A stretch of 64,000 bases of DNA from Chrysomallon squamiferum (GCA_012295275.1 CM022671.1:25916001-25980000); one strand, 5' to 3'; shown: positions 33,490 to 49,133, counted from the stretch's first letter. Notes: generated by a model from the sequence alone, not told the origin. Numbers and translations: made by a program.

Positions 33490-33867
33490 CTATGTATACA
33501 TACACATGAGTATAAAAAATAAAATAAAAAATAAAATAAATTGAAAACAAAAAAATGATAATAATAAAAGCAAGTAAATAAATCAAAAACATAATAAATA
33601 AAAATGAAAAACATTAAAAAATTCAATTTTGCTTTTAAAATGCATTGAGCTAAAATGGCTTACTGTGCTGAAAATACTGGTGTGTTGTCACAACATTATT
33701 TTGTGTATTTGGTCAAGTTGTTTGAATCTCCAAACAGTCCCTTGAACTAACTAAAATAAATTTCATGATACCCATTTAATCACTTTATCAACTATCAGAC
33801 TAGATAAACATTGTGTCTAAATTCATAGATTTCACTGCATAAAAATAAACCTGCGACATTTCATTAG

Positions 33868-34170
33868 AAGAATCACATACTTTGTGTTTTGCCCACACCA
33901 CTTTTCAAGAATCATTTACAAAAATCTATATTTTATTGATATTCTCCACAGAATTACTTAGTGAAATCATTTCAAGATTACATTTGGCAGAATTTTATGT
34001 CTAACATAATCATTTTTAGTGGCATGTATTCTTAGCTGAATAAAAATGGCTGAATCACATCACTTTTCAAGAATTATGCTGGTATATGTTCTCCACAGAA
34101 TTAATTAGAGAAATCTTTAACATTATATTTGGCAGAAACATCAGATCTAATGCAATCATTTAGTGACATA
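33868..34170. repeat. Two diverged tandem copies (~120-180 bp)
   Basis: GAATCACAT..CACTTTTCAAGAAT..TTCTCCACAGAATTA.TTAG.GAAATC..ATTA.ATTTGGCAGAA..TCTAA..AATCATTT..AGTG.CAT occurs twice. Confidence 0.75.
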
Positions 34171-35497
34171 CTGCTGGAAAAAAATAAAAAAAACAGCTGA
34201 TGAGATTTGCAGGATTAAATTAAAATATTTCCCAATTATAATAGTTTGTGTACAAATCTTAATAAATGTTTTGTAAAGAAGTGTCTAAAAGAGAAAAAAT
34301 AACACAACAAGTAAGAGAAATATATATGAGATAGTTTTATTTCAGTGTCGTTGTCTTAGACAGTACATTCTCCAGATACACACACAGTTTGACCAGGTTC
34401 TTCTCTATGCATTGTAATTACAAAATAAAACAAGTTACACTGATACAGATAATCATTTACCACTGTTTACTGTTTCAGGGGATGAAAATAAGAATTTACG
34501 TTTCACAAAACTACTAAACTGACAGTGTATGAAAAAATGCGAAACAAAGTGATCTGATGTTTGTTACCTGATCCAAGAGCAGACAAATCTTTTGTCAACT
34601 CTGACTAGTATTTTCAAAAATGCATTCAGTAATTAATCATTTTAATTACTTTCAAAATTAAGAAACAAATTCTGTTTTAAAATGTCAAAACAAAAATGGA
34701 TACATTTTTAATAATAATTTTGGAAAAAAATATACAGTGCAATTTAGAGACATGACTGTTTAATTAAGTAAAACGTAAAAAATAATTTGCCTATCAAAAT
34801 ATTTGATTTATTTCAGCAAGTATTACAAAAATTAACATATTTTACTTTTTTACTTCATCATCTTTCTTTAAAAATTTTTTTTTCTTTTTATTAAATTTAT
34901 ATTTAATAGTACTATACAAGCCTAATGATGTGTATTTTTATTGGATTTAACTTGGCCATTAGTAACCAATCACAGGCATGAACAGTTTTCATTCATCCAC
35001 TGATCAAAGAATGCTTTCCACATTTTTTTTATGTTTTGTTTCTTTTCTTTTTATCTCTCACATACTGAGCCACTCTCTACACAGACCAAGAACCAGACAC
35101 CTGTGATTAGAGACAGGTGGTGATTTGTAACTCATCACAAGTTACAAGTTAATAAAATTAATAATTACACAAAATAAAATAAAATTTAATGATACAATTT
35201 GTAAAAAAGTCATTTGTACCTTACAAGTAAATGAAAAACTAGAGTAATATTTAAACTTAATTGATCTGAATAATGAAACTGGTAATAAATTTAACTGTAT
35301 TAATTTTGTAGCTCGTATAGTATAATGTAGCAATGACCACAATAAACTGAGTGTAAGAATGTCTAATATGATGTATGTAAGGTTATGTTTTGGTTATGGG
35401 TGGTGATGAGTTTTATTCCTTTAAAAGTATAAGTATATGCATTCTACAGAATAATTAATATCTACATATAATTTATTCAACTTATTCTTTTATTCAG

Positions 35498-36247
35498 ACA
35501 AACTTAACACTGGTGATTCTTATGACATTTACAGACATCCATATCCTATAAATTTGGGTGGAAAAAGAAAAAGAATCCCAATTCTGAAGACTATAGATAT
35601 TTTTTCAGCTGGTGACAATGACATTGGATACAGACAAAATAGATCATCCAATTCAACTGTCTAACAAGGTTCCCTTTAAACAATACCACTAATGGATTCT
35701 ACTTTCAATGCATCAAGAAATAAAAGACCACAAGAAGAATCATTAGGAAGTCTTGGTCTTCCAGTGTTGTTCTGTTCTCTAGGAAGGACATTCATCTAAT
35801 ACAGACAGCTTAACAGATCTACAACATCAAACACTGATGCCTTAAAATGGTGCCGATGGAAACTGGAGAAAGACGAAAACAAATTCTACACAGAAATCAT
35901 CATCCACTAACTGATGACTTGCCAGTACCTGATATCACTGAAAGACTGAAGGAATCAGCTACCAGTGACACTGAAGAGAATACAAGCAGCAGTTAATAAG
36001 TCAAGTGCAAAGAAGAGGAAGAGGAAGAAATATTTTTCAAACATACAGAAAAATACAGTGACCAATACACTGTCTGTGGTCAACACTGAATCTGGTGATG
36101 TTTTAGATGATGTTTACCCAAGTGCTTCATGACGATGATCCTGTTCCACTTGTAGGAGATGGTAGCAATATTCTTAACACTGGTGATCATTGTGATGTCT
36201 ATAGACCCCATATGCCACATAAAAAAATGCATACATGTAACTTGTAA
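35498..36247 (+). pseudogene. Decayed coding-like exon of unknown origin
   Basis: Acceptor TTATTCTTTTATTCAG at 35497 and higher GC than the flanks. Frame-broken peptides include KLNTGDSYDIYRHPYP, KKRKRKK and ILNTGDHCDVYRPHMP. Confidence 0.35.
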
Positions 36248-37794
36248 GAATATGAGAATAAAGTCATCTACCCTAACCCTGCAGTCTTGTTGTTAAACCA
36301 TCTACCCATACTACTACATTATTATTATTATTATGATTATTATTATTATTTCAGATTACAAAAATTAAAGATTTTTTATTTTAAAAGAGGCTTTTCCTAT
36401 TTAATTCTAATTATTTTACAATCATGTCAGTTCTAAATTGTAAAAAAATTAAACAGGTTTTATTTTAAAATTTGAATACCAGATGTGTCTTTTTTTTCCA
36501 TTTTTTTTTTTTTTTCATACCTATATAACAATAAAACAAAACACAGAATATAAATCTATCAATTTATAAGTAGAAAGGTATAGCCATCAATACATTTCCA
36601 ACTGGTTACATGATTTTCTAAGTTTCACTCGCATATTAAATACAGCTGAAAGTTAAACATTTACTGCATTGAGCACATACTTGGGTTTGTGTATCTGAAG
36701 AAATAGGGAGAATGACTGATTCATAACCTTTATTACAATGATATATAATCTGTGTACAAGTAATGATAAAAATATATATTTTCTGTTTACTAACAAAGCC
36801 ACTCACACCAATAATACGGTCAACCATGTGGTTTTATTATGCAAATGGTCCAGTCAGTACATATTTATAATGACAAATAAAATATTAAAAATAAATATAT
36901 ATTGAAATGAAAATAGTGCTCGGATTTCATTTCAGTTATTTGGCACCAAGTTGTATTTACATTGTTACAACATTTTAAGTTTCTGATTCTGTGGAGCAGA
37001 ATAATTTCTGTTTATATGATTAGTTATTAAGTTTTGATATCAAATCTTAATTCTTTGTACTGATTTTACTACAATTTAATTTTACATTCATTTTTTTTTT
37101 TTTTTTTTTTTTTTTTAGATTTTAATGTATATTAAAAAAAATCCAAAACAAAGAAGCTGAGAAAAAAAAAAAAAAAAAAAATTCTCTTCAGCAGTAGGAG
37201 ACACAAAACAAAATAATAATTTTAAAAATTATTAAATTCTCAGAATGAGGAATAATGTATTATGCATTCCCGTAGACCATAGAACTCAGGAACTTTGAAA
37301 TGCTGTACAAAACAAAAATAGATTTATATTATGCACACATAAACCCCCAATACCAGTTCCTTTATATACAAAAAATATACAACCTTGTGTTTCTTACTAC
37401 ATCTCACCCCATTAGCCCTTTTCACTTTCATTCCTTTTCTACATGCATTTCATGGATGCACACATATATATATGTACAATGTGCAAAAATATATTATGCA
37501 AATGTATAAGGTTGTATGTAAAATGGCCGATATTTGGGAAGCTAATATTTTTCAAAAGGAATATTCAGTTGAACTTTAACATATATCAGCATCTCTTAAA
37601 ATGTGCCATTACTGATGCACACACACACAGCCTAAATATATTGCAAATGTACATAGTTCCAAATGATTGTCTTCTTTGTTACTTCAAGCAATCTTTGCTA
37701 ACAATAAAGTAAGCTAATAATTTAATGTGTTTATCAGAATATGTAAAGGCAGACATTTTTTCTTTTGTGACATTTCATTTATAGAAATATATAC

Positions 37795-37827
<33 letters not shown>

Positions 37828-39869
37828 AATAAATAAATAAATAACTTCAAAAATAAATAGAGATGATTATAGTTAGCACAAGCAAAATATCCCATGTTTA
37901 TAATCTTCAAAACATTTTTTTTTTGATTTTATTATCAGTAATGGTTGCTTTTTTGTAACAAAGAAATCAACTGGAAACACACAAGAAGCATTTTGGCTAA
38001 TAATCAGTTAAATATATTAAAGATATACTTTTAAATAATATTGATTAAAAACAAAAGCAAAGACAAAAGAAAGAATCACAAACAATAAATTGATAGCTGG
38101 TTTGAAAAAAATAAAAATAAACATTTGTAAACTCATTTTAATGGCACAACATCCATCAAAAGAATAAAAAAATTACTATCAACATAGTTATCTCGTACTT
38201 TGAAAAGATTAAAATGGAAATGAGAAAAATAAATATTCTCAAAAACAAAATCATATTATGACAAACATCCACACTCACACAGATACATTAGTTACAAGTA
38301 AATAGAAATATAAATAAATAATAAAATATGAATATATTTGAATGAATAAAATAGAAAGACTCCTCGTATTTCCACAAATTAATCTTATTCAGTTGTTTAT
38401 TCTCAATAAATATCTGCTGAAAATATTTACATACACTCTTTAATGAAATGGTTGGTCAAAATAAATAAATGAATAAACAGACAAAAATTCTCAAAAAATC
38501 TTTCTTGTATTGTACATACCAACAAGGGTGTAATTTCACTTACAATTAAGAAACTAACACAGACAAACCGTCAGACTAAAACATTGTGCAATTTAATGCA
38601 CATATTGCTCAGAACTGTTATCCAGTGATATCCATTATAAACACAATATACATTGTTTAATGAACATCAAACTCCATCAGCTACATTAAACAAATTCATG
38701 TTATGTGTATTACAAAAGAAAGAAAGAAATTAATGAGAAAGCCAGGCTAGGTAAAGTGACTCAAGAGTAATGTTAATCTGTGCAAAGAAATGTGGATGAG
38801 GTGATGACTTGAAGGCACTGTGTCACTACTTCTCACAGACAAATAACAATCTGAATTTTTGGTATATTTGTTTTGAAAACAGGCTGTTTGATAGGATTTA
38901 AAAAAAAGAAAAAAAAAAAAGTGAAAGATCCCAACAATGACAAAAAAAATAGAAGAAAAAGGAAAAATTAAAATGTTCCCCATAAACTCCTTCCTCACAG
39001 CTGTTAGACAAAAACATGAATTATTACAGAAGTATGGTTCAAATTTCATTAATTAACTAAAATAAATGTAAGGTAATAGTTATTTATTGGGTTTGAATGC
39101 TACTGAATTAATTAATCTATTTATAATTGCAAGTTTTGAATGTTGGTAGTTAGCTGTGTCTTACAGAATTGACAAACATTTAATGTTAATCACCATTCCT
39201 TGATTTATTACATCTGTAAATAAATGATGTCATCACAGAGAAGTCAGAATATATTTTTAAAAAATAATAATAATAAAAAAATATAATAATAATAAATAAA
39301 TTAACCTTAATTATAAAATTAAAACTAAAAAAAATAACTAAATAACTAAAATAACTAACTAAATGAATAAATAAATAAATTTTAAAAGAATAAAATTTAA
39401 TTACACTGACTTTGTAATGAATTTAACTGTAACTGCATCATATTTATGTGTTTTGAAGATGCATTTATTTACTGGCTAATTTGAATTAAAATAACATTAA
39501 TAAACAAGTACAGGCAGTTCCAAATAACAGTATTGTTAAAAAACAAGAGACATCCAGAAATTAACAAAAAAGAATACGTGAAACATCATAAAGATTAAGT
39601 ACTTTTGTGCAAAAAACAAGTAAACAAATTAAAGTAATAAAATTATAAATTTAAAAAAAAATAAAAAATTTGATGAAAGAAGAAAACAACAACATTGGTA
39701 CATGTATATATATCTATTATAATTTTTTACACTACATAATAAAAAAAAATATTTAAAAAAAAAAAAAAAAAAACATTCTGAAGTAAGTATACACATATGA
39801 ATATTCTTTTTTAATTAAATAATTACAGACACACAAATATACATAATATACTGCTTAGCCCTCATCAGC

Positions 39870-39906
<37 letters not shown>

Positions 39907-42819
39907 CTAAAACAATGGCAAACAAGAAAATGAAAAGAAAGCAACTGAAAAATAAATAAAACTAAATAACTTTATGAACTACAAAGATTACATTTGTTTC
40001 ATGTTATAAAGAATAAAATTTCTTTGATGTTTAGAAATTCCAATAAAAACAATAGTATCATAAATCATAAAGCAAATGATGAAAAGACAACATAAACATT
40101 TTTGTTTTAATTCCTGCCAAGTCTTTTAATGACAATAAGAAATGAATTCTTTCTTTCCACCAACCTGATTTTTTTACTTGCGTCAGCCATTTGTGGCTGT
40201 AACTGCAACCATTGCTTATTTGTTTTTAACTGTTGTTAGCAAAACTGTTGCTAGAGGAAATATTGTTTGTGGAAACTTGCGAACATGGAACATTACACAT
40301 AAAATGATTTTTAGTTTTCCAGAAGACTGCTTTTTATGGGTGTAACTGTGATCATAAACTGTAAAACACAACTTTTATGTCTGTCTGTATGTATGTGTGT
40401 GTGTGTGTGTGTGTGTATGTGTTTATATATATAAATTATTGAATTATTTCTTTCCCTTCCCTTTATTAACAATCAGTTTATTTAGTGTGTAAAAGCACTG
40501 GTGACAGAATGTTACAAAATAAATAAATAAATATGTATATGTGTGTGTGTATATAGTGATTTATATTTATTTATTTATAATGTCTATGTTTATGTATGAA
40601 TGTATGTGTTGGAATGAATCCATAAAGTATTATATGTGTGTGTATATATATATATATATATATGCACATTATGAGATTCCTCCATAATTCTTTAATCAGT
40701 TATTAGGAATAAGATGTTAATAATTATTAATAAGTAATTTAATTTCATAGCACCATGAAGCATTAGTTTTAATAAAATATACTGATTTTTTTTTCACACT
40801 TCAATTAATCTCAATCTTATATTTTCAATATTCACATTTCTTCACCATAATATGACTTAATAATTCTCAGAAATATTTAAGTTACATAAAAAAAAAAAAA
40901 TTATATTACCTAGTTCCTTAACTTGTGACAGCATATAATTAATGTTTATGGACATTTATGCTAGTTGTGCATGTATTTCTTACATATTAGATTGGTTTTC
41001 ATAATTATATCATTTTTAAATAATAAATTAAAATAGAAAATATTTTAAAATAAATTCTTAAAAGGTTTAGGAATTTTTATATATGTCTATCTTTCTTTCT
41101 TACATATTAGATGGTTTTCATGATTGATAATTCATAAATAATAAAGTATTTTATTTATCTGAAAAAAAAAATTGCAGCATTTGAAAGATCTTTGGCAACA
41201 AGATAAAAAACACTAACTTAAAATTTTAACTTTGGGATTCAAAAATAAAATTTTACCAATTTTTGTACATAAATAAAACATAACATAATGCATACCTCTA
41301 CTTGCAGAATGAAAAACAAAGGAAATTCTTTCAGTAATAAGTAATTTAATTCTTCCTGTAATATGTTATTTCATAATAAGTTGTCTTTATTAATAGTAAA
41401 AAAAATAAATAATAATAATAATAATAATAATTAAAAATTTTAAAATGAAAGTATTTCAGTGATAATAATTGATTATTTTTCAATATTTATATGTGTATAT
41501 TAAAATTCCAGTTTTTGGTTAACCATTTGTGTGTATTAAAATGACAACAATTATCTTCTTTCATTGTTAATCATTAATAAAAAATGTTTTTTAAATTTTT
41601 CATAAATTTTTAAATATAAAATTATGTTTAAAACGCACTTCAATAAGATGAGGTTAAATTAACATATGTAATGCATATTTGTTTACATTTCAACAAAAAA
41701 TAATTGATATGCTGTCAAGTATTTCAACATTAACTTGAGTTAATAAAAAAAAGATATATTTATCCAAAATTACTGAGAATTGTAATATTGAGAAAGAGAT
41801 AATTTTTATTTTTAACCTACATTTAAAATGTTATTTCAATAACAAGCAAAAATGTAAAATACCAAAATAAATTGCTGACAAAGTTGGGTAATAGAATAAA
41901 AAAATTTGAAAATAATAATCTAACAAAATTTTCTTTTACTAATAATGCATTAAAGAACGTAACAACTAAAAGAAAACAATAAAAAAGTAAACAATATCTA
42001 TTCTTAAATTTTAAAAGTAAAGCTTAATGTTTAACATTCTATAAACATAAGAATAAAAACTAAAAAGTAGAGCTTAACTACAAAATAATTTTCTTGTTAA
42101 AAAATACTGTTATCAAACACATAAACTGAATTTTAAAAAATGAAGCTAATAATACTGTTATGTAAAATCAACAAACAAAAACTAACAAAAAAAGCTAAAT
42201 ATACAGCAATTTTCTTTTTTTTATAAAAATACTTTAAGAAATAAAAATAAAACTGTGTTTTACAATAATGCTCATTTCAAAATTAAAAGGAAAGAAAACC
42301 AACAATATGAAAAAATAAAAACAATTATTAGGACTAATATTCTTTGACTAGTTTTTTCTTTGAGTCCATTTTATCCTAATAATAATAATAATAATAAGAC
42401 TCAATCCTCTATTAATGGACCCCTGGTTGCCAGATTTCAGAAAATCCAGACACAATCTAGGAAATGCACATATATTCTCAAATCTACTGAAATTCAGACC
42501 TGCCTGGGAGTTAGTGAAACATCCAGAAGACATCATTCTGTTTGTTTACACTGGCCTGTGTGCATTCATTGTTCATGCTGTGCATTTTATTTTAGAATTC
42601 TCAACACGCACAAGAGCAGCATTATATGATCATAGCAAACAGCATATTACACTGGTCATGATTTAAAAGAAGCATGGCATCATTTACATGGTATTATCTT
42701 TTCTTAAAATTATATTAGGATATTGTAAATATTTATTTAAAAAAAAAAAATCAAAAGAGAATATTACAATAATCATGTCTTAAAAATAAATATAATTTAG
42801 TAAGATAAATACTATTATA

Positions 42820-43395
42820 ACAATGGTCAATTTTCAAGATATTGAGTCAGATAATTAATGGTCATATTTAAAGAAATCAAATCAGCATAATACGTTGGTC
42901 AAATCTGAATTAGGAATTAAAAGCAAATATATTACAGTTAGACATGATATTTGAATAACTGAACATAACAAAGAAAATATGTTAGACATCATATTATCTT
43001 ACGAAATCAAATCAGCATAGTACAGTGGTTTGGTCCAAGTGTTTGAAGATAACAAGGAAAATGTATTACAGTTAGACATAGTTTAAGAAATGAAATGAGC
43101 ATAGCGCAGTGGTCATGTTTGAGTGTTTGAAGGAATTAACAAAAGAATATTACAATTATACATGAAGTTTTAAGAATTGAATCAGTGAAGAAAAGTGGTC
43201 ATGTTTCAGTGTTTGACGATATAATAATCAGAACTAATATTTAAAGAAACCAATCAGCAAAGTAGAACTGTCATGTTTCAGCACTTGAATATAATAAAAA
43301 TTATACATGATATTTTAAGAAAACAAAATCAGATCATTAGAGAGGTAAAGTTTTAAGAAAACAAATAAACATATTACAGTGGTCATGTTTCAAGA
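42820..43395. repeat. Degenerate ~70-90 bp tandem array in the proximal STIMATE 3'UTR, overlapping the stop codon
   Basis: About 6 recurrences of AAGAAATCAAATCAGCATAGTACAGTGGTCATGTTT(C/G)AGTGTTTGA..ATATTACAGTTAGACATGATATT. The last CAGTGGTCATGTTTCAAG (43378-43394) contains the antisense of the ETstop codons. Confidence 0.8.
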
Positions 43396-44820
43396 AGTAG
43401 CTGTGTAGTGTCAGTGTTTCTGTGTCTTGCTTCCAAATCTTCATCAGCAGACAGTAATATATCAGACTCAAACCCTTCAGCCTGCTCTATTCGGTTGTAA
43501 CACTTGACACGTTCTGACGTTTTATAATATTTCACTGATGTGTCGTTATCATTCACATATATTGTCTTAGAGTCTTGTATACTCTTCTTCAAAAAGTTAT
43601 CAACAACCCAGAATATGAAAGCCTGAAATAAACAGACATCATTAACTGACATTATCAAAACAAGCTATTCAAAAATGTAATAGATCCCTGCGTTAACAAA
43701 ACTTTGTATAGTTTATAAATAAATAAAAATTAATAAATAAAAAAAAATCAATTAAAAAAAAAAAAAAAAAAATCAATAAACATTTTGTACTTGCTAACCT
43801 TATTATGTACTCAACCAACTATTTAAACTGATCAGCTTAATGGTTGTTGTTTTATTTTAATGATTTCTTTACCAAAATAATTTTAAAAAGGGATTAAAAA
43901 AGAAGTCTAAAACTATTAATGAACTGAATAGACTGTTTGTTTATTATTATTATTATTTATTGTAAAACATAATCTGCATGTGATGTGCATTTAGTGTGGG
44001 ACACTCCAACAACAATTTAAATTGATCAACTTAAAGTTAACTGCAGCATTTAAATGGTTTCTTAAAAAAGAAGTCTAATAATATTAATGGATTGCCTAGA
44101 CTTTTAAATTATTATTTATAAAAAAAAAAAAAAATAGAGTAGTAAACTTTCACATATTAAAGAAAAAAATAATAAATAATGTAAACATGATTATTTTTAT
44201 TTACAATGAAATATAGAACACAATACACCTCTTCTTTTCAGTTACTTAACTATGTCAAGTGAACTTTCAGTTTAAAAAAATTATCTTCACTTCATACTGG
44301 AGCTTTCTGTTTGTATGTGCATGTGTGGGATGGATATAAAAATGCAATAAATAACAAGATAAAAATTTATAGCATGCTTTGCGTCATGATAGATTTCATG
44401 GTACAGTAATAAAATATTTTAAATGGTTTAATATCTGAATTAATATTTTTTAACAGAATGATATCTGTGCAGTAACTGATTATGGCTATTAGTAAAACAA
44501 TAATGAAAACAAGCAGTTAGTTATGGTTAATACAATTATTCTTTCTTCTTTTATTTTATATATTTTTTAATTTTAAACATGCTGAGTGTTAGAGGTTTCA
44601 TGCATCATTCTGGCTTTTCTGTTTCTAAAATGATCAAACTGTGTGTGTTCACTTACATTAACAACAAGGGGGACTAGAAACATAACAATCACCAATTCTA
44701 ATACTGGATCTTTCACTGGTTTCATAATGAATTTTCTCACCTGTGGAACAAATACAAATTTACACTTAATAATGATTGTTAAAAATATCTGAAAATGATT
44801 TGTTTGATTCAATTTTTAAT

Positions 44821-44855
<35 letters not shown>

Positions 44856-47800
44856 TCTTTTTCTTTTTAACACATTAAAAATATAAAAATACAAATACAA
44901 AAATAATAATATAAAATGAAAAACTAAAATAACATGGAATTAAATTTCTACACAAACAAAATGTACATCCTAATCATATTAAGTTCCAAATTAAAAAATG
45001 TGTGTGTATATAATGTATATAAACCTAAACATATATATATAATTATAAATATCACTGGTATTCTTGTGCATTTATTTGTAAACTTTGAAACAGATAAAAA
45101 ATTAATTCCAGTTATTTGACATAAAATGAAAAAAGTGTTGCAGAAAAATTTAATGTAATAATATAACATTAATATTGAAGGGTTAGAAAGAACAAACTTA
45201 CAGAGGTCCAGAATTTGAACTGCACTAATAAAGTCATGAGTATCTTCTCTAAAATCATTACTATGATGTAGAGTCCACACTGACCCACCCAGGAATTACA
45301 CTGTGGTGGATTACCTGAATAAAATATGTTAAAAATGTCATTAAAAAGACAGGGGGCAGGAAAAAGAAAAAGAATGCACAACAAATTTAAATGCATCATT
45401 TGGATCTGAACAGGAAAAATATTGTATTTCTTCAAAAAAGAAGGAAAAAACAAAATCAACCATTAACAACCAAAGGTATCATTTTGATCTAAGCAGGAAA
45501 ATCGTAGGATAATCAAAACAAAAGGGGTTAGATTAATACCAAAAACATTAAAAAAAAATAATAATAATAATAAAAAAACAAAACAACATTCATTTAAATA
45601 TTTAGATTTAATAATAGGATCACATTTAATAAGAAACACAGGTCTAGCATTCAAAAAAAAAAAAAAAAAAAAAAATCAAAATTAAAGGATGATGAAAAGT
45701 ATGATTTCTTTGAAAAGCAAATAAAATTTTATGTAAATTATCGATTTTAGTTTTATGTAGTTAGTTATTAAGACACATCTGTTAAAATGTGGTATACTGT
45801 ACTTTAAACAACAGAGTATTATTGCACACAGTTTTGGCCGATTCACAGTTTAGAACTTAAAAAATAACAAGATGCACAAAATTTGAAACACTCACCATAT
45901 TCGCCAAAAAGCAGTGTGGTCCATTTACGACGTCTGGCAATAATCTGTGTAACTTTTAGTCCAATGTATATAATTAAAAGACCAACAGTGGAATCCAACA
46001 AAAAACTTATAAAATACCTGCAATCACAAAAATATATAAAAATTTATAAAAGCATAATACTTTTTCTTAATATAAACCAAAAAATAAAAAAGATATAGAA
46101 CAAGAAATGAATATATTTATTTGATATTCTCTACAATAAAAAATTCATATATTTAAAAACAAAATTAAAAAAATATATATATATTTATTTTATACAAATT
46201 ATAGGAACTAATAAATTTACTTTATACCTTTAAAAATAATAATATTAAAAAGAAATGTTTTCTTCTGTAGTTGTAATACTTTATAAAAAAAATTCCATAT
46301 ACATAATATAAAAAAGAAATAAAGAAAAAGAATATATTTGTTTTATTATCCTTAAGTGCAGTGAGTTATAAATATTTATAAAATTTAATATAAATAATTT
46401 ATAGATTTAAATATATATAGTCATACGAACTTAAAAAATAAAATTAAATAAATGCATTCTTTATACAGTTTAACAAATTTTTAAAGTAAAGATATATTTG
46501 TTTTATATTCTCTCTAATCATAAAATATTATAACAGTATAAAATAAAGAATTTAAGCAAATTGTAAAAATTTCACAAAATAAATTATCTATGAAAAAATA
46601 ATAACATTATTATTTTCTTTAGCCATAAATATTAAATAAATAAATAAATTTACATTTTTAGAAAATGGAATATAATTTTGTTCAATCTTTTTAGAATTTT
46701 AAGAATTAAAAAATAAATTTAAAAAAATTATATCCAAGTTTTAAACAATAACAATAATGATAAATATATATTTACACACACTAATTTCTATATAGTTTTA
46801 TATAATATCTATATCTATATCTATATCTATATATATATCTATAAATATTTTATCATTTTAAATGCAGAAATTTAAATTAAAATAGTTTTAAATGTTTATT
46901 TTTTCTCCACGAAGATAACACATTCTTAAAAAAAAAAAAAATTAAGACACACACACACACAAAATTATATCTTCTCTACAATAATAAACATGTTTTAAAA
47001 AAATACAATAAATAATTGAAACAAATTATAAAATTAATAAAAAATACTTTTAAAAATTACAGTTTATATTTATTTTATCTATGATTATCAGAATTATAAA
47101 TGTCAAACATATAAATGATTTATACATTAAAAACAAATAATAAAGAAAAAAATGTTTGTTTTATCATACTTAATTGCAAAAATTAAGTAAATAATTATGC
47201 ATAAATAAAATCAATATATTTTCTTTATCTTAGAGTTGAATCTCTTAGTGTTTAATTATAAACTTTCTTAAAAAATAAAAGGATTGAAAATAATTTATAC
47301 ATTTCAAAAATAATTTTTAAAAATGCATTATTTTCAAAAGTATTTGAAAACAAAACAAAATAAATTGATTTATATTTATACATTTAAAAAAAATTATAAA
47401 GATTATATATATATATTTATATGATTATAAGTAAAAAATTATTTAAAGCAAATCTGATTATTAAGTATTTTTGAACATGGATTTATTACCAGTTTTGAAC
47501 AAATTACTCAAGAATTTAAAACAAAAATTAAAACAAACATATAATTTATTCATTTAAAAAAATAATATAATAATAACAACGAAATTAATTTATTATATTT
47601 TGTCACAAGGAACACAAAAGTTATTACTGATTCACAATAAATGATTCAAAAATATTTCAAACAAAAACAACAGTTTTTGTTGTTATATACCTCATTATCT
47701 TTATTCACATCTTTGACAGTGAAAGCATTGATTAAGCCTAAAAGCTAAAATAATCATTTGACATACTGTTTGAGATCAGAGCATATCTTTAAACTTTTAT

Positions 47801-48679
47801 ACAGTAAGAGACTCAAGTTACATTATTTTATTATCGCAAATACAAACATAAACAAAATAGTAATATAATAATAAAAAAAAGTTATTTAAATAATATAAAT
47901 AAATAGATAAAATAAGCTTTTAAACTTTAAACAGTAAGAGATTCAACTTTAATGTTTTTATTATCCCCTATACAAATCAGTTAAACATAATAAATATAAC
48001 AGTTATTTAAAATATTAAAAAGAATAATAATAACAATAAATAAATAAAATAAGGATTAAAAAAATATATGAAATGTAAAACAAAGAAACAGCATAAAAAA
48101 TGAAATAAAAAAGGTACCCAAAAATAAGTAAAAATGAAATAATATTAAAAATATATAAATATAATAAAATATTATAAAAAAAAAAATGAAAATGAAATAA
48201 AATAAAATAAAGAAACTAAATAAATAAACATACAATAAAAAATAACAATTAAAAAATAAATAAAAATAAAAATAATAATAAAATGTGTTTATAAAAATAA
48301 ACTAACGTAATAAATGTTTTATATATAAAAAAAACTTTTATTACAAAATAAGGAATATTAAAATTTGTTTTCTTACCAAGTACATGGATCACCTTGAAAT
48401 ATATCAGCCAGGAAGACATTAGCAAAGTGAATAACAGCAGCACCAAGAGCTTGTTTAGAAGTATCAAAAAACCTTTTAAAAAAAGAATTTAAAAAAACTA
48501 AATAAATAACCAAAATTATTTTATTTTCACAACTTGTTTGTAATGAAAAGGTCATCTGACAAATTTAAAATAATGAATTTTTTTTTTTTTTCGTTTGGAT
48601 TATTTAAATTCAAAACAGTTTTTCATGAAAAGAAAATGTCACAGCTGGTAGTAAAATATTTTAACTTTTTTTTTCTTTC

Positions 48680-48720
<41 letters not shown>

Positions 48721-49073
48721 CTGATCTATAATACATATCAACTTTCAAAAATGTTGTATATATCTTCATTAGTTATTATTTATTTAAAAAACAAATTAAA
48801 AAAACAACAAAACAAAAAAAAATAAGAGAAATTTTAAAATCATGTATAATTTGAAAAATGCAAAATAATAAATATAATTATGTTATTATTTAAATGACTA
48901 TCAAAACTTAAGATAAACATAACTCACTAATTTAAAAGAATATGGTCAAACTGGAAACAGAGTTAACTATTATTTTGAGATCTAAGTAATTTAGCTGAAC
49001 TAACCATATTTTCCATGGTCGCCTAGAATGCTTTGGCTCACAGTATCTCTTAACTGAAATAGAAATTAATATT

Positions 49074-49133
<60 letters not shown>

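Noticed and set aside
42348-42666. Short overlapping ORFs downstream of STIMATE
   Set aside because: No recognisable motifs or convincing splice structure; probably 3'UTR.
43374-43385. Stop-codon readthrough at STIMATE TGA-C
   Set aside because: TGA CCA CTG TAA would add only three residues and is not the strong TGA-CTA(G) context.
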